Shown: piece after piece, positions 32,045 through 42,947 of the stretch
How positions within the stretch are numbered: the stretch's first letter is position 1
How the letters are laid out: each line of letters opens with the position of its first letter
From: Methanothermococcus sp. Ax23
Lineage (GTDB): Archaea; AGJL01; Methanococci; Methanococcales; Methanococcaceae
Length of the DNA stretch: 64,000 nucleotides
Assembly: GCF_049075655.1 (NCBI RefSeq)
Contig: NZ_CP157522.1
Coordinates: forward strand, 992,001-1,056,000
Direction of reading: 5' to 3'
The notes under the pieces: model-generated
What the model saw: only the letters and a program-made list of their open reading frames with translations
Database searches by the model: none
What the model was told of the DNA's origin: nothing
Position numbers and translations under genes: made by a program

Positions 32045-33214
32045 GTGAAAAAAATATTAACATTGATCTTAGGGCTGTGTCTAATAGTCCCTATAGTATC
32101 TATGGCAGGATGCATAGGGGGAGCTCAGTCATCAACTACAACAGCCACTACTCAAGAAAAACCTTCAACAACTACCACTAATGAAAAACCATCTACCATA
32201 ATACTTAGAACTACAGGGGCAACATTTCCAAAATATCAAATCCAAAAATGGATTAATGATTATCAAGAAACTCATCCAAATGTTAAGATTGAGTATGAAG
32301 GTGGAGGAAGCGGACACGGACAAGAGGCATTTTTAAAAGGATTAACTGACATTGGAAGAACTGACCCTCCTGTTAAAGAAAGCATGTGGAATAAATTTTT
32401 AGAAACAGGAGATCAACCATTGCAATTCCCAGAAATTGTTGGGGCAGTTGTTATAACCTATAACATCCCAGAAATTGGAGATAAGACTTTAAAATTAAGT
32501 AGAGGTGTTTTGGCAGATATATTCTTAGGTAAGATTGAATATTGGGATGATGATAAAATCAAAAAGATAAATCCTGATGTTGCTGATAAATTACCACACA
32601 AGAAGATTATCGTTGTTCATAGAAGCGATGCAAGTGGAACAACTGCTATATTCACAACATACTTAAGTTTAATTGGCAAGGAATGGGCAGATAAGGTTGG
32701 AGCTGGAAAGATTGTAGATTGGCCAGTCGATAAAATGGGCAGAGGTGTTGCTGGAAAAGGTAATTCAGGCGTTGTAGCTACATTAAAATCAACACCGTAT
32801 TCAATTGCATACACTGAATTATCTTACGCAATCGAAGAAAAACTTCCAGTAGCGGCACTGGAAAACAAAAATGGTAAATTTGTTAAGCCAACAGATGATG
32901 CAATAAAAGCAGCGGTTTCAGCCGTTAAAGCAAATATTCCAAATCCAACAGAAGGTTACAAAGAAGATTTAAAACAAATGTTGGATGCTTCCGGAGACAA
33001 CGCTTATTCAATAGTTGCATTTACTCACATATTAGTTTGGGAAAACAAAAATGGTAAGCACTACTCTTCACAAAAAGCTAAAGCTATAAAAGATTTCTTA
33101 ACATGGGCATTAACTGAGGGACAGAAATCATCACACTTAGCTCCCGGTTATGTAGGATTACCTGAAGATGTTGCTAAGATTGGATTAGATTCTGTAAATA
33201 TGATCAAAGAATAA
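32045..33214 (+). CDS. pstS: Phosphate ABC transporter substrate-binding lipoprotein
   Basis: Lipobox MAGC, TGATFP, GGGSG, RSDASGTT. Confidence 0.95.
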   Translation: MKKILTLILGLCLIVPIVSMAGCIGGAQSSTTTATTQEKPSTTTTNEKPSTIILRTTGATFPKYQIQKWINDYQETHPNVKIEYEGGGSGHGQEAFLKGLTDIGRTDPPVKESMWNKFLETGDQPLQFPEIVGAVVITYNIPEIGDKTLKLSRGVLADIFLGKIEYWDDDKIKKINPDVADKLPHKKIIVVHRSDASGTTAIFTTYLSLIGKEWADKVGAGKIVDWPVDKMGRGVAGKGNSGVVATLKSTPYSIAYTELSYAIEEKLPVAALENKNGKFVKPTDDAIKAAVSAVKANIPNPTEGYKEDLKQMLDASGDNAYSIVAFTHILVWENKNGKHYSSQKAKAIKDFLTWALTEGQKSSHLAPGYVGLPEDVAKIGLDSVNMIKE

Positions 33215-33270
33215 ATATTTATTTTTTTATTTTTATTTTAAGATTAAAGATTTCTGCTTATTAATTTTAA

Positions 33271-33447
33271 GGGGTTGCCAAATAATTAAATGTTATTGTA
33301 TGAAATATAATATTCACACCAGTAAACCTTAATATTCTATATTTGTAGTATAAAAATTTTACATTGTCATTATCGCTTGGAATGATATTTATAGCTTGGA
33401 ATGATATATATAATCGACTGCAAAGAATTCGATTTTTCGGCAACCTC
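33271..33447. mobile_element. Diverged copy of the TIR-MITE between pstS and pstC
   Basis: Ends GGGGTTGCCAAA / TTCGGCAACCTC; internal tandem GCTTGGAATGATAT x2. Confidence 0.62.
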
Positions 33448-33540
33448 CCAATTTAAGTAAGGTATAAATACTACTTACACCTATTTGATCTAAAATTAAT
33501 TCACAATTGATGCAATAAAATACCGACCTGGGTAGAAACT

Positions 33541-34479
33541 ATGGATTTGAGAAAGATTCTAAAAAAGATAGATAAATTTAAAATAATAACCTTACCAGCC
33601 ATATTTATTGTGTTTATATTATTTATTTTAATATTGGGCTTTTATTTCTTTAATGCACTCCCGGCTATTGAGAAATATGGTATTAATTTATTTATAACAA
33701 ATGTTTGGCATGCCGCAGAAGAAGTATCGAATGAAGTCTATGGATTATCGGCACCAATTTGGGGGAGCATATACACAGCAACAATTGCTGTTTTGATAGC
33801 TTTGCCTTTATCTATATGCTATGCAATATTTGTCAATGACTATGCCCCTAAAAAACTAAAATATCCTTTAATTATAATTTCAGACATTATGGCAGGACTT
33901 CCAACGATAATTTATGGGATATGGGGAGCTTTTATATTGGTTCCTCTGTTGAGAGACCACATTATGAAGTTTTTATACGAATACTTTTCATTCATTCCTC
34001 TCTTTGATTATCCGCCATTATCTGGTTATTGTTATTTGTCAGCAGGTATCTTATTAGGGATAATGGTTACGCCATTTGCAGCGGCTATTATTAGAGAAGC
34101 TTATGCAATGATTCCCTCTGTTTATAAAGAGGGTTTAGTTGCATTAGGTGCAACAAAATATGAAGCAACAAAGGTTTTAATAAAATATATAAGACCAGCC
34201 ATAATTTCTGGGACCATATTAGCTTTTGGTAGGGCTTTAGGGGAGACAGTTGCTGTTTCACTGGTTATAGGAAACTCCTTCAACCTAACTTACAAGCTCT
34301 TTGCTCCCGGATATACAATCTCATCATTAATAGCAAATCAGTTTGGAAATGCAGTTTTGTATGAATACATGACTTCAGTTCTTTACTCTGCTGGTTTGGT
34401 GCTATTTGTTATAGGATTGATCGTTAATTTCATTGGAATTTATTATTTGAAGAGGTGGAGAGAGCATGTCTCCCATTAA
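33541..34479 (+). CDS. pstC: Phosphate ABC transporter permease PstC
   Basis: AGLPTIIYG.WG, ALGAT, GRALGETVAV. Confidence 0.94.
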   Translation: MDLRKILKKIDKFKIITLPAIFIVFILFILILGFYFFNALPAIEKYGINLFITNVWHAAEEVSNEVYGLSAPIWGSIYTATIAVLIALPLSICYAIFVNDYAPKKLKYPLIIISDIMAGLPTIIYGIWGAFILVPLLRDHIMKFLYEYFSFIPLFDYPPLSGYCYLSAGILLGIMVTPFAAAIIREAYAMIPSVYKEGLVALGATKYEATKVLIKYIRPAIISGTILAFGRALGETVAVSLVIGNSFNLTYKLFAPGYTISSLIANQFGNAVLYEYMTSVLYSAGLVLFVIGLIVNFIGIYYLKRWREHVSH

Positions 34480-35311
34480 ATATAAAACTATTAGAATGGT
34501 CAAAGATAAGATATTCCTGTTTATTGTTGGAGCATTAACATTATTGGCAATACTCCCTTTATTCCATATTATTATTTCAATTGTTGAGAAGGGACTGCCA
34601 ATAATAATGGAGCGGGGATTAACTTTCATAACTGGGACGTTGAGCGAGGGAGGTATAGGTCCAGCAATAGTGGGGACGCTGATGCTAACATTCTTGGCAA
34701 ATTTGATAGGCTTACCTTTGGCTTTCTTAGCTGGAGCTTATGCCTATGAATTCCCAAATAGCCTTATTGGAAGAACCACAAAAATGCTATTACAGATAAT
34801 GTTGGAATTTCCAACTATACTGGTCGGTACGTTTGTTATGGGAGTCTTGGTAGTTCCAATGGGAACTTTTTCAGCGTTAGCTGGGGCTTTGGCTTTGGCT
34901 TTAATATTAACTCCTTATGTTGCTGTATATACAGAAGAAGCTATGGCAGAAGTTCCAAAAATTTATAAAGAAGGAGGTTATGCCTTAGGATGCACAAGGG
35001 CACAGGTTATATTTAAAGTCGTCACAAAGATGGCTAAAAAAGGAATCTTGACAGGAATTTTAATAGGCATGGCTAAAGTTGCAGGGGAAACAGCCCCTCT
35101 GCTATTTACTGCGGGTGGACTTTATGAGGTTTATCCAACAAACCCATTAGAGCCTGTTGGAGCAATCCCCCTCCTTATCTATACATTAGTTCAAAGCCCT
35201 TCGATAGAAGATCATCAGATGGCATGGGGGGCTGCCTTAGTCATGCTCATAATATTTTTGGCGATATTTGTTCCAATAAGATATGCGTTAAAAGATGACA
35301 TAAAGCTATAA
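34466..35311 (+). CDS. pstA: Phosphate ABC transporter permease PstA
   Basis: GGIGPAIVGT, YALGCT, AGETAPLLFT. Confidence 0.94.
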   Translation: MSPIKYKTIRMVKDKIFLFIVGALTLLAILPLFHIIISIVEKGLPIIMERGLTFITGTLSEGGIGPAIVGTLMLTFLANLIGLPLAFLAGAYAYEFPNSLIGRTTKMLLQIMLEFPTILVGTFVMGVLVVPMGTFSALAGALALALILTPYVAVYTEEAMAEVPKIYKEGGYALGCTRAQVIFKVVTKMAKKGILTGILIGMAKVAGETAPLLFTAGGLYEVYPTNPLEPVGAIPLLIYTLVQSPSIEDHQMAWGAALVMLIIFLAIFVPIRYALKDDIKL

Positions 35312-35332
35312 AACTCTAAAAAAGTGATAGGG

Positions 35333-36091
35333 ATGGCAAATATAAAGATGGAAACAAAAAACTTAAATTTATGGTATGGAGAGAAACAGGCGTTATTTGA
35401 CATAAACTTCCCAATCTATGAGAATAAAATCACCGCTTTAATAGGACCGAGTGGATGTGGTAAATCAACATTTTTAAGATGCTTAAATAGGCTAAATGAT
35501 TTAATTCCTAATGTTAAAATAGAGGGAGAGGTTTTATTGGATGGAAAAAATATCTATGATAAAGATGTCGATGTTTATGAGTTGAGAAAGAGATTAGGGA
35601 TGGCATTTCAAAAACCAAATCCTTTTGCCATGAGTATTTATGATAATATTGCATTTGGTCCAAGAATTCATGGAATTAGAGATAAAAAAGAATTAGATAA
35701 GATAGTTGAATGGGCTTTAAAAAAAGCTGCATTATGGAATGAGGTTAAGGATGAGCTGCATAAAAATGCCCTATCATTATCAGGAGGGCAGCAGCAAAGG
35801 TTGTGCATCGCAAGAGCTATAGCAGTTAAGCCAGATGTTTTATTAATGGATGAACCAACCTCTGCGTTAGACCCCATCTCTACATTAAAGATAGAGGAGT
35901 TGATGGTTGAGTTAGCTAAGGATTATACTATTGTTGTTGTCACTCACAACATGCAGCAAGCAAGTAGGATTTCAGACTACACAGGATTCTTTTTAATGGG
36001 GGAACTTGTGGAATTTGATAAAACAGAAAAGATATTCCTTGAACCATCTAAAAAGGAAACTGAGGACTATATAAGCGGCAGATTTGGATAA
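35333..36091 (+). CDS. pstB: Phosphate ABC transporter ATPase
   Basis: [41 protein letters not shown]. Confidence 0.96.
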   Translation: MANIKMETKNLNLWYGEKQALFDINFPIYENKITALIGPSGCGKSTFLRCLNRLNDLIPNVKIEGEVLLDGKNIYDKDVDVYELRKRLGMAFQKPNPFAMSIYDNIAFGPRIHGIRDKKELDKIVEWALKKAALWNEVKDELHKNALSLSGGQQQRLCIARAIAVKPDVLLMDEPTSALDPISTLKIEELMVELAKDYTIVVVTHNMQQASRISDYTGFFLMGELVEFDKTEKIFLEPSKKETEDYISGRFG

Positions 36092-36119
36092 TTATAATTA
36101 TATTATTTATGGTGGTATT

Positions 36120-36794
36120 ATGGCAAGAGAATTATTATATTCTAAAATTGAAGAAGTAGAAAATGATGTTGTAGATATGGGAAATATGTGTATTGATTCA
36201 TTGAAAAAAGCAGTAGATGCATTTTTAAATTATGATAAAAAACTTGCAAAAGAAATAAGGGAAAATGACAATTTAATCGACTTGAAAGAGATGGAAATCG
36301 AAGAAAAATGTGTTTCCATCATAGCACTTCAACAGCCCGTAGCGTCAGATTTAAGGACGATATTGACAGTTATTAAAATCATATCAAAACTGGAAAAAAT
36401 AGGGGACAATGCTTCAAAAATTGCAAAGATAGTTTTAAAATCTGAATTAAATATGAAAAGGGAAAACGAAATAATTAATGTTATGCTCGAATATCTTGAA
36501 AAAATGTTAAAGGATGCATTGACAGCATTTAGGACTGGAAATGAGGAGCTCGCCAGGGATGTTTATAGTAGGGATAAAAAAATAGATAAACTCTATGAAC
36601 AATTATACCGGGAAATGATTAGTTATATAATTGAAAATCCAAAAAACACCACAATGGCAACAGAAACAATATTCGTGGCAAAGTATTTAGAAAGAAGTGG
36701 GAACTTAGTAGCTTCAATTGGGGATAGGGTAGTTTATATGATAACAGGAGAAAGAATAAAAGAAGAAGAATTTGACTATAAACATTTTAAATAA
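36120..36794 (+). CDS. phoU: Phosphate signalling protein PhoU
   Basis: [21 protein letters not shown]; start reassigned to ATG at 36120. Confidence 0.93.
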   Translation: MARELLYSKIEEVENDVVDMGNMCIDSLKKAVDAFLNYDKKLAKEIRENDNLIDLKEMEIEEKCVSIIALQQPVASDLRTILTVIKIISKLEKIGDNASKIAKIVLKSELNMKRENEIINVMLEYLEKMLKDALTAFRTGNEELARDVYSRDKKIDKLYEQLYREMISYIIENPKNTTMATETIFVAKYLERSGNLVASIGDRVVYMITGERIKEEEFDYKHFK

Positions 36795-36808
36795 AAATAA
36801 TACAATAA

Positions 36809-38329
36809 TTAATATTTTTTAGAATAAAATATATCATTATTTTTTTTTCTTTTTTTCCATTCCTCAATAGGTATTGAATATTTATCTTCCAATTCTTGCC
36901 TATATATCGTGTTGTAAGTGCAGAATGGTATTATCTTGTTATCTGGCAATGCGTAATGTATAACACACCTTTGGACCCTTTTAGCATCAAAATTATATGG
37001 GTCCATAAAATGCATGCATCCAATTAAAATTGTATTAAAATGGAATTTCGAAAGGGCATTGTAATCTCCCTTTAATATTTTTATTAAAGTTTCCGTAAAT
37101 TTTACATTTGATGGCGTTTTTGAAGAATCCACTAAATTAGGCAGTTCTTTTGTGATTTTTAAAAGTATTTTTCCTTTTTCTATTCTGGATAATTCATTAG
37201 ATTTATTCTGATGGTCATCATAAACCTCTTTAAGAAGTTCTATAAAACCTTCAACGTCAAAGAATCTTGTTATAGGTATGAGCTCATCATTTTCTACAAA
37301 TACATAGGTTGCAGCTCCACAGTGTTGGTGAGCTCCTAATTTTACTACCTGTCTATTTTCCCAGAGCTCGACAAATAATGATATTGGCACCACAAATGGC
37401 ACAGGATAAAAATCCTCTCTTAGAATTTCTCCGTTCGTCTGTTCCTCTACAAGTTTGATAAAATCTGGAATGGTTATTCTTTGTTCCAATCTTTTATTTT
37501 CATCAATTCTTCCTGTGAATGAAACCGGTTGAACATTTACATTTCTGACAACATCTCTGTTTTTAGCGGCGAATCTTATAATATTCCCAATCTGGTCATC
37601 ATTAATCCCTTTTACAAGTGTTGGAACTAAAACAACACTATTAAAATTGGCTTTTCTACAATTTTCTATAACCTTTAATTTCAGTGGTAGCAGATTTTTA
37701 TTCCTTGCAATCAAATAGGGTTTTTCCGTCAAACCATCAAATTGTAAATAAATTGTGGATAATCCAGCTTCTTTTAATTTTTTAATATATGCGATATTCT
37801 TTAATTTTATGCCATTGGTGGCAACTTGGACATGGGTGAATCCAAGGTCCTTAGCTATTTTTATTAATTCTGGTAAATCATCTCTAACTGTTGGTTCTCC
37901 ACCGGCGAATTGTATTGCAGGGCAGGGGACCTCCTCGCTTCTCAAATTAATCATCATCTTTTTTATCTCTTCAATGGATGGTTCGTATATTTTTTTAGTT
38001 CTGTTTGCATTTGCAAAACATATGGGGCAGTTTAAATTACATCTATTTGTTACGTCTAAATTTGCAAGTATGGTTGTAGATTTGTGATTTGGGCATAATC
38101 CACAGTCAAAAGGACATCCCTCTTTAACCTCAGTATTTGGGTTTTTTATCCCATTTCCAATATATTCATACTTATTATATTTTTTATACAATTCACTATC
38201 ATTCCAATAAATATCTCTAAATTTCCCATGTTCTGGACACTCCTTTTCTATTATTATCTTATTATCCTCTTCAAATACCTCCGCATTTATTTTCTTTAAA
38301 CATGCGGGACATAAAGATATGGTTTTCAA
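36809..38329 (-). CDS. tes: Tetraether lipid synthase (GDGT-MAS, radical SAM)
   Basis: SLCPAC..CPEHG, CPFDCGLCPNH, TNRCNLNCPICFA, MHFMDPYNFD..RVQRC, IPFC; probable TTG start at 38329. Confidence 0.88.
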   Translation of the reverse strand: MKTISLCPACLKKINAEVFEEDNKIIIEKECPEHGKFRDIYWNDSELYKKYNKYEYIGNGIKNPNTEVKEGCPFDCGLCPNHKSTTILANLDVTNRCNLNCPICFANANRTKKIYEPSIEEIKKMMINLRSEEVPCPAIQFAGGEPTVRDDLPELIKIAKDLGFTHVQVATNGIKLKNIAYIKKLKEAGLSTIYLQFDGLTEKPYLIARNKNLLPLKLKVIENCRKANFNSVVLVPTLVKGINDDQIGNIIRFAAKNRDVVRNVNVQPVSFTGRIDENKRLEQRITIPDFIKLVEEQTNGEILREDFYPVPFVVPISLFVELWENRQVVKLGAHQHCGAATYVFVENDELIPITRFFDVEGFIELLKEVYDDHQNKSNELSRIEKGKILLKITKELPNLVDSSKTPSNVKFTETLIKILKGDYNALSKFHFNTILIGCMHFMDPYNFDAKRVQRCVIHYALPDNKIIPFCTYNTIYRQELEDKYSIPIEEWKKRKKNNDIFYSKKY

Positions 38330-38406
38330 AATAATCACCCCACCATATAATTAAAATACTGAAATAATTATTACACACTAATGATTATCACATATATATT
38401 TATAAC

Positions 38407-38491
38407 ATGTGAATAATTTATTCACATATTAAGATAGTAACCATGATAATATTATATAATAATTTCTAAAATGTGCATAAATTACGCACAT
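38407..38491. promoter_or_regulatory. Two related 21-bp palindromes (ATGTG-N11-CACAT) upstream of tes
   Basis: ATGTGAATAA-T-TTATTCACAT (38407-38427) and ATGTGCATAA-A-TTACGCACAT (38471-38491). Confidence 0.6.
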
Positions 38492-38515
38492 GTCATTGTA
38501 GTATTTTAATAATAT

Positions 38516-39076
38516 TTAATCATTTCGCTCATCAATATCGTCATTGACAACTATTTTAACCGGTAAGAACGGTATCTTAATTTCTTTCTTTTTAATTTTT
38601 TTATCGAGCATTATTACTTCGTTTAATTTATTTTGGAGTCCTTTTGATAATTTTTTTACGAGCTCAGATGGAGACACCGCTGAGTAAATATAAGGTTTTT
38701 TACCCAACCCCTCTTTATCCAACTTTTCTCTGACTACAATTCCGCTTTTATACATTTCTAAAATTACCTCCCTAATAGTGGAAGGATATATTCCAGTTCC
38801 ATGGGCTATTTCATCCACTGTGCTTTTTCCATATTTTCTGAGGTAAATATATATCTTAGCCTTTACCTCACTTGATAAAAGGTTTGCTAAATTATCTATT
38901 AATGATTTGTCTATGTTTTCAATGGTTTTTTTGATTACAATTGATTTATTTTTTTCCTTGTTTTTGACCTTTTCTAAAATTTCTTTTACCTCATCTTCCA
39001 TATTTTTTTCTTCATTTTCTGGATTTTTCATATTTAAGTTATTTTCATTTGTATTAATTTCATTTTTATCGCACAT
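38516..39076 (-). CDS. Winged-helix (TrmB-like) transcriptional regulator
   Basis: KIYIYL, STVDEIA.GTGIYPSTIRE, GKKPYIY.A. Confidence 0.8.
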   Translation of the reverse strand: MCDKNEINTNENNLNMKNPENEEKNMEDEVKEILEKVKNKEKNKSIVIKKTIENIDKSLIDNLANLLSSEVKAKIYIYLRKYGKSTVDEIAHGTGIYPSTIREVILEMYKSGIVVREKLDKEGLGKKPYIYSAVSPSELVKKLSKGLQNKLNEVIMLDKKIKKKEIKIPFLPVKIVVNDDIDERND

Positions 39077-39329
39077 ACCACCACCTCATGAAATACATAA
39101 TGTCCTTATCCATAGGTCATAATATAATTTTTATAATATATAAATATGTCCTATTATATTATAAAAGCAATAATAATTTAGAAAAATTTAAATATTAATA
39201 AATTTGAATAGTTAATTTGAATGGTTAAAATATTTAAAAAATATAATGTAAATTTATAAAATAGGGAAAACCTTCGGTTTTCTAAATTGGAGATTTTTAA
39301 TCTCTCACTACATTCAAGATGGTGAAAAT

Positions 39330-40568
39330 ATGGTTGAATTGCTGGCACCTGCACGGGATTTAACATGCTTAAAAACTGCCATTAATTATGGTGCAGATGC
39401 AGTTTATTGTGGTTTAAAAGAGTTAAACATGAGATTTACAGTTAAAAATTTTAACAGGGATGAATTAAAGGAAGGAATAAAATTTGCACACGAAAATAAC
39501 AAAAAAGTCTATTTATGCACAAATACCGTTGTTTATGAAAATGATTTGAAGAAATTAAATGATATTTTTGATTTTGCCAATTGTTCCGAAGTTGATGCAG
39601 TAATAGTCAGCGATTTGGGAGCAATGGAACTAGCAAAAGAGTATGGCCTTAGAATCCATGCAAGTGTTCAAACAAATATCACCAATTCATTAACTGCTAA
39701 ATTTTATTCAAAATTTGCAAAAAGGGTAATTTTATCGAGGGAATTAACCTTGAACCAGATAAAAGATATTAGAAACAATTTAAAAAATGATAATGATAAT
39801 GGCAAATATAACAATAGTTATTATAATTTAGAGCTCGAAGGATTTATACACGGAGCTCTCTGTGTGGCAATAAGTGGAAGATGTTTTTTAAGTTCATACT
39901 TATTTAATAAAAATGCAAACTGCGGGGACTGTCTTCAACCATGTAGAAGAAAGTGGAAATTAATAAATGAACATGTTGATGGCACACATGAGATAGTTTG
40001 TGAGGGAAAATACCTTCTTTCTCCAAAGGATATATGTATGATTGAACATGTGCCTGAGCTCATGGAGGTTTTAGATAGTTTTAAAATAGAAGGTAGGGCA
40101 AAAAATGCCGACTATGTAATGAGAACGGTTAAAACCTATCGAGAAGCTATTGATTCTGTGATTGATGGGACATATATTGAAAAAATTCCATACTTTAAGA
40201 AGGAGCTCCAAAAAGTGTATAATCGAGAATACGACACAGGGTTTTATTTTAGAGATTTAACTAATAACCACGATTTTCAGCATGAAATAGAAGGGAATGC
40301 TTCACCATATAGAAAGATAGAAGTTGGAACTGTTGTTAATTTCTATAAAAAAGTTGGAGTTGCAGAGATAAAGCTTATAGGTGATTTAAAAGTAGGGGAC
40401 GAAATATTGATTATAGGCAATAAAACAGGATGCATAGAGGAAAAAATAAATTCCATCCAAATAAACCACAAAACCGTGAATATTGGAAAAAAAGGGGAGA
40501 ATATCGGAGTAAAGTTAAACAATATTGTGAGGGAGAATGATAAAGTTTTCAAATTGATTAGAAATTAG
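39330..40568 (+). CDS. Peptidase U32 family protein
   Basis: ELLAPA, GADAVY, HGALC.AISGRC, CLQPCR, KIEGR. Confidence 0.9.
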   Translation: MVELLAPARDLTCLKTAINYGADAVYCGLKELNMRFTVKNFNRDELKEGIKFAHENNKKVYLCTNTVVYENDLKKLNDIFDFANCSEVDAVIVSDLGAMELAKEYGLRIHASVQTNITNSLTAKFYSKFAKRVILSRELTLNQIKDIRNNLKNDNDNGKYNNSYYNLELEGFIHGALCVAISGRCFLSSYLFNKNANCGDCLQPCRRKWKLINEHVDGTHEIVCEGKYLLSPKDICMIEHVPELMEVLDSFKIEGRAKNADYVMRTVKTYREAIDSVIDGTYIEKIPYFKKELQKVYNREYDTGFYFRDLTNNHDFQHEIEGNASPYRKIEVGTVVNFYKKVGVAEIKLIGDLKVGDEILIIGNKTGCIEEKINSIQINHKTVNIGKKGENIGVKLNNIVRENDKVFKLIRN

Positions 40569-40665
40569 TTTTTTAAACATCATTAACATTATTAAGAACT
40601 TTTTTATATTATAAATATATATTATTGAAAAAATAAACTTTATAAAATTTCATTTTTGTGATACC

Positions 40666-41607
40666 ATGGATAATGAAAAAATGATTCATAAAAATCAAAA
40701 ACCTTTAACACCAGACGAAAAGAAAATGATGTCTAAATTTGCACATATAACAAAGGTTCATCCCTGCTATAATGAAAAATTACATGATAAAATAGGAAGG
40801 GTGCATTTACCAGTAGCACCAAAATGTAATATAGCATGTAAATTTTGTAAAAGAAGTGTAGGGCAGGAATCATGCTGTGAAGATAGGCCAGCTGTGGCAC
40901 ACCACATAATGAAACCAGAAGAGGTTGAGGATTATTTAAAAGATTTAATTAAAAAGATGCCAAATCTTAAAGTTGTAGGAATAGCAGGTCCGGGGGATAG
41001 TTTATTCAATAAAGAAACATTTGAAACATTGGAAATAATCGATGAAAAATTCCCTGATTTAGTAAAGTGTTTATCAACCAATGGTCTTTTACTCCCAAAA
41101 TATGCAAAAAAACTTGCTGATTTAAATGTAAAAACCCTGACTGTGACTGTTAATGCAGTTAAACCTGAAATACTTAAAAATATTGTAGATTGGGTTTATT
41201 ACGAAGGTAAAGTCCATAGGGGAGAAGAAGGAGCCAATATATTAATTAAAAATCAAATTGAAGGTGTTAAGAAGGCACATGATTTAGGCATAATTATAAA
41301 AATAAATAGTGTATTAATACCTGAGATAAATATGGAACATATTGTTGAAATTGCAAAAACCTTCAAAGACACGGCATATCTCCAAAATATCATCCCACTT
41401 ATTCCTATGTATAAAATGGAAAATCTTAGAAGACCTACCTGTGATGAAATTAGCAGAGTTAGGGATGAATGTGAAGAATATTTACAGCAGTTTAGGGCAT
41501 GTCAGCAGTGTAGGGCAGATGCAGCAGGATTGTTGTCAGAGAAAAAACATTTAGAAGGTAAAGGAAAAGAATTAAATATATTCGATTTGAAACATTTTTC
41601 ACATTAA
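40666..41607 (+). CDS. nifB: FeMo-cofactor biosynthesis radical SAM protein NifB (short form without NifX domain)
   Basis: HPC, HLPVAPKCNIACKFC, IAGPGD, CQQCRADA. Confidence 0.92.
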   Translation: MDNEKMIHKNQKPLTPDEKKMMSKFAHITKVHPCYNEKLHDKIGRVHLPVAPKCNIACKFCKRSVGQESCCEDRPAVAHHIMKPEEVEDYLKDLIKKMPNLKVVGIAGPGDSLFNKETFETLEIIDEKFPDLVKCLSTNGLLLPKYAKKLADLNVKTLTVTVNAVKPEILKNIVDWVYYEGKVHRGEEGANILIKNQIEGVKKAHDLGIIIKINSVLIPEINMEHIVEIAKTFKDTAYLQNIIPLIPMYKMENLRRPTCDEISRVRDECEEYLQQFRACQQCRADAAGLLSEKKHLEGKGKELNIFDLKHFSH

Positions 41608-41646
41608 AAATATTTCACTAAATCATTAAAATACGGTGGTGTTAAT

Positions 41647-41919
41647 ATGGAAAGAGCAGTTATAACAGTTACTGGAAAAGATAGAACAGGAATTGTAGCA
41701 AAAATAGCAAATGCACTTGCAAAAAGTGATGTAAATATTTTAGATATAAGACAATCCATTATGGATGATTTATTTACAATGATTATGCTCGTAGATATTT
41801 CGAAATCAAAAAAGGATTTTGAGGCATTAGGGCAAGAATTGGAAAATATTGGAGAAGAGATTGGTGTTAAAGTAATAATTCAACACGAAGATATATTTAA
41901 ATACATGCACAGAATTTAA
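41647..41919 (+). CDS. ACT domain protein (UPF0237)
   Basis: ITVTGKDRTGIVA, NILDIRQ, QHEDIF..MHRI. Confidence 0.88.
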   Translation: MERAVITVTGKDRTGIVAKIANALAKSDVNILDIRQSIMDDLFTMIMLVDISKSKKDFEALGQELENIGEEIGVKVIIQHEDIFKYMHRI

Positions 41920-41947
41920 TCAATATTATTAAATATTTATTATATTT

Positions 41948-42499
41948 TTAATTATTTTTTTCTAAATCTTCTTTTAATTCCAAAGCTTTTTTAATCCATT
42001 CTTCTGTAAATGGTTTTTCTGATGCTAACATAACCATGCTTTTTCCATAGAAGGTTTTTCTGACTCTCATGCCTTCGGGAAATACCCTGTTCATAAAATC
42101 AAGAACCTTTAATTTAAAATCATCTTTTGCATCATACACTATCATATCCATATCTATTGGAGAATCGGTTATTAATTCAAATCTTGAAGGCTGGTCAATA
42201 ATATTTATTATTTCAAATAGCTGTGGGGCATAGGTTTCGTCCTCTATTTTTAATTTGGTAATCGTTTTACCATCCTCTGTTTTTGTTTCCTCTATGGTCA
42301 CAAAATCCCTTAATTTTATAGGTTTTGATGTGGATTTTGGAAGAACGCCAATAATAAAAAACGGTTCTTTCTCTCTGCAAATCATTCTCACTTCAATTAA
42401 TGATTTTCCAAGTATTAAATCTTCAAGAGAGGTTTGAATAATTTTGTTGTATATATTTTTTCCAGCTTCATCTTCACAATCAATATATATCTTAGCCAT
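41948..42499 (-). CDS. Methanogenesis marker protein 17
   Basis: IEDETYAP, DQPSRF, RVFPEGMRVR. Confidence 0.8.
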   Translation of the reverse strand: MAKIYIDCEDEAGKNIYNKIIQTSLEDLILGKSLIEVRMICREKEPFFIIGVLPKSTSKPIKLRDFVTIEETKTEDGKTITKLKIEDETYAPQLFEIINIIDQPSRFELITDSPIDMDMIVYDAKDDFKLKVLDFMNRVFPEGMRVRKTFYGKSMVMLASEKPFTEEWIKKALELKEDLEKNN

Positions 42500-42612
42500 G
42501 TTATCCCTCCAGTTTTAATAATTTATTATTATTAAAAATATTTAAAAGTTCCTTTAATATAATTAAATATATGGATGGATTTTGGTTTAAAAAATAAAAT
42601 TTTTTAAAATAA

Positions 42613-42912
42613 TTAAAAATAATTGTTAATATTTAAAGTATCTAAATTCAAATGTAGTTTAGATGCTATCTTTTTAAATGTAATGGCTAATTTGGTTTTT
42701 AGTAATGGTTTTATATCAAAATTAATCTCAATAGGTTTAAACTCATAATCAAATTTGTAGGAGTTATAAACCATAATTTTATCCCCTACTTTTACATCTT
42801 CTGTTAAAGGTAATGGCATCTCTAAAATATTTCCACCGAGCTCTATGAGTGGAATCTTACAGTCGCATTTATAAACAAATCCTTTAATAGTTCCAACCTC
42901 GCCATAGCACAT
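42613..42912 (-). CDS. Hypothetical protein with HypC/HupF-like N-terminal region, last gene of nif cluster
   Basis: GGTGAT RBS then MCYGEVG...GG..LE..L.LTEDVKVGDKIMV. Confidence 0.55.
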   Translation of the reverse strand: MCYGEVGTIKGFVYKCDCKIPLIELGGNILEMPLPLTEDVKVGDKIMVYNSYKFDYEFKPIEINFDIKPLLKTKLAITFKKIASKLHLNLDTLNINNYF

Positions 42913-42947
42913 AATATCACCCAACAGTATATTTAAGTTATTTATTA

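Noticed and set aside
31575-33447. Repeats near pstS as a possible CRISPR array
   Set aside because: Irregular spacing, terminal inverted repeats, no unique spacer pattern, no cas genes
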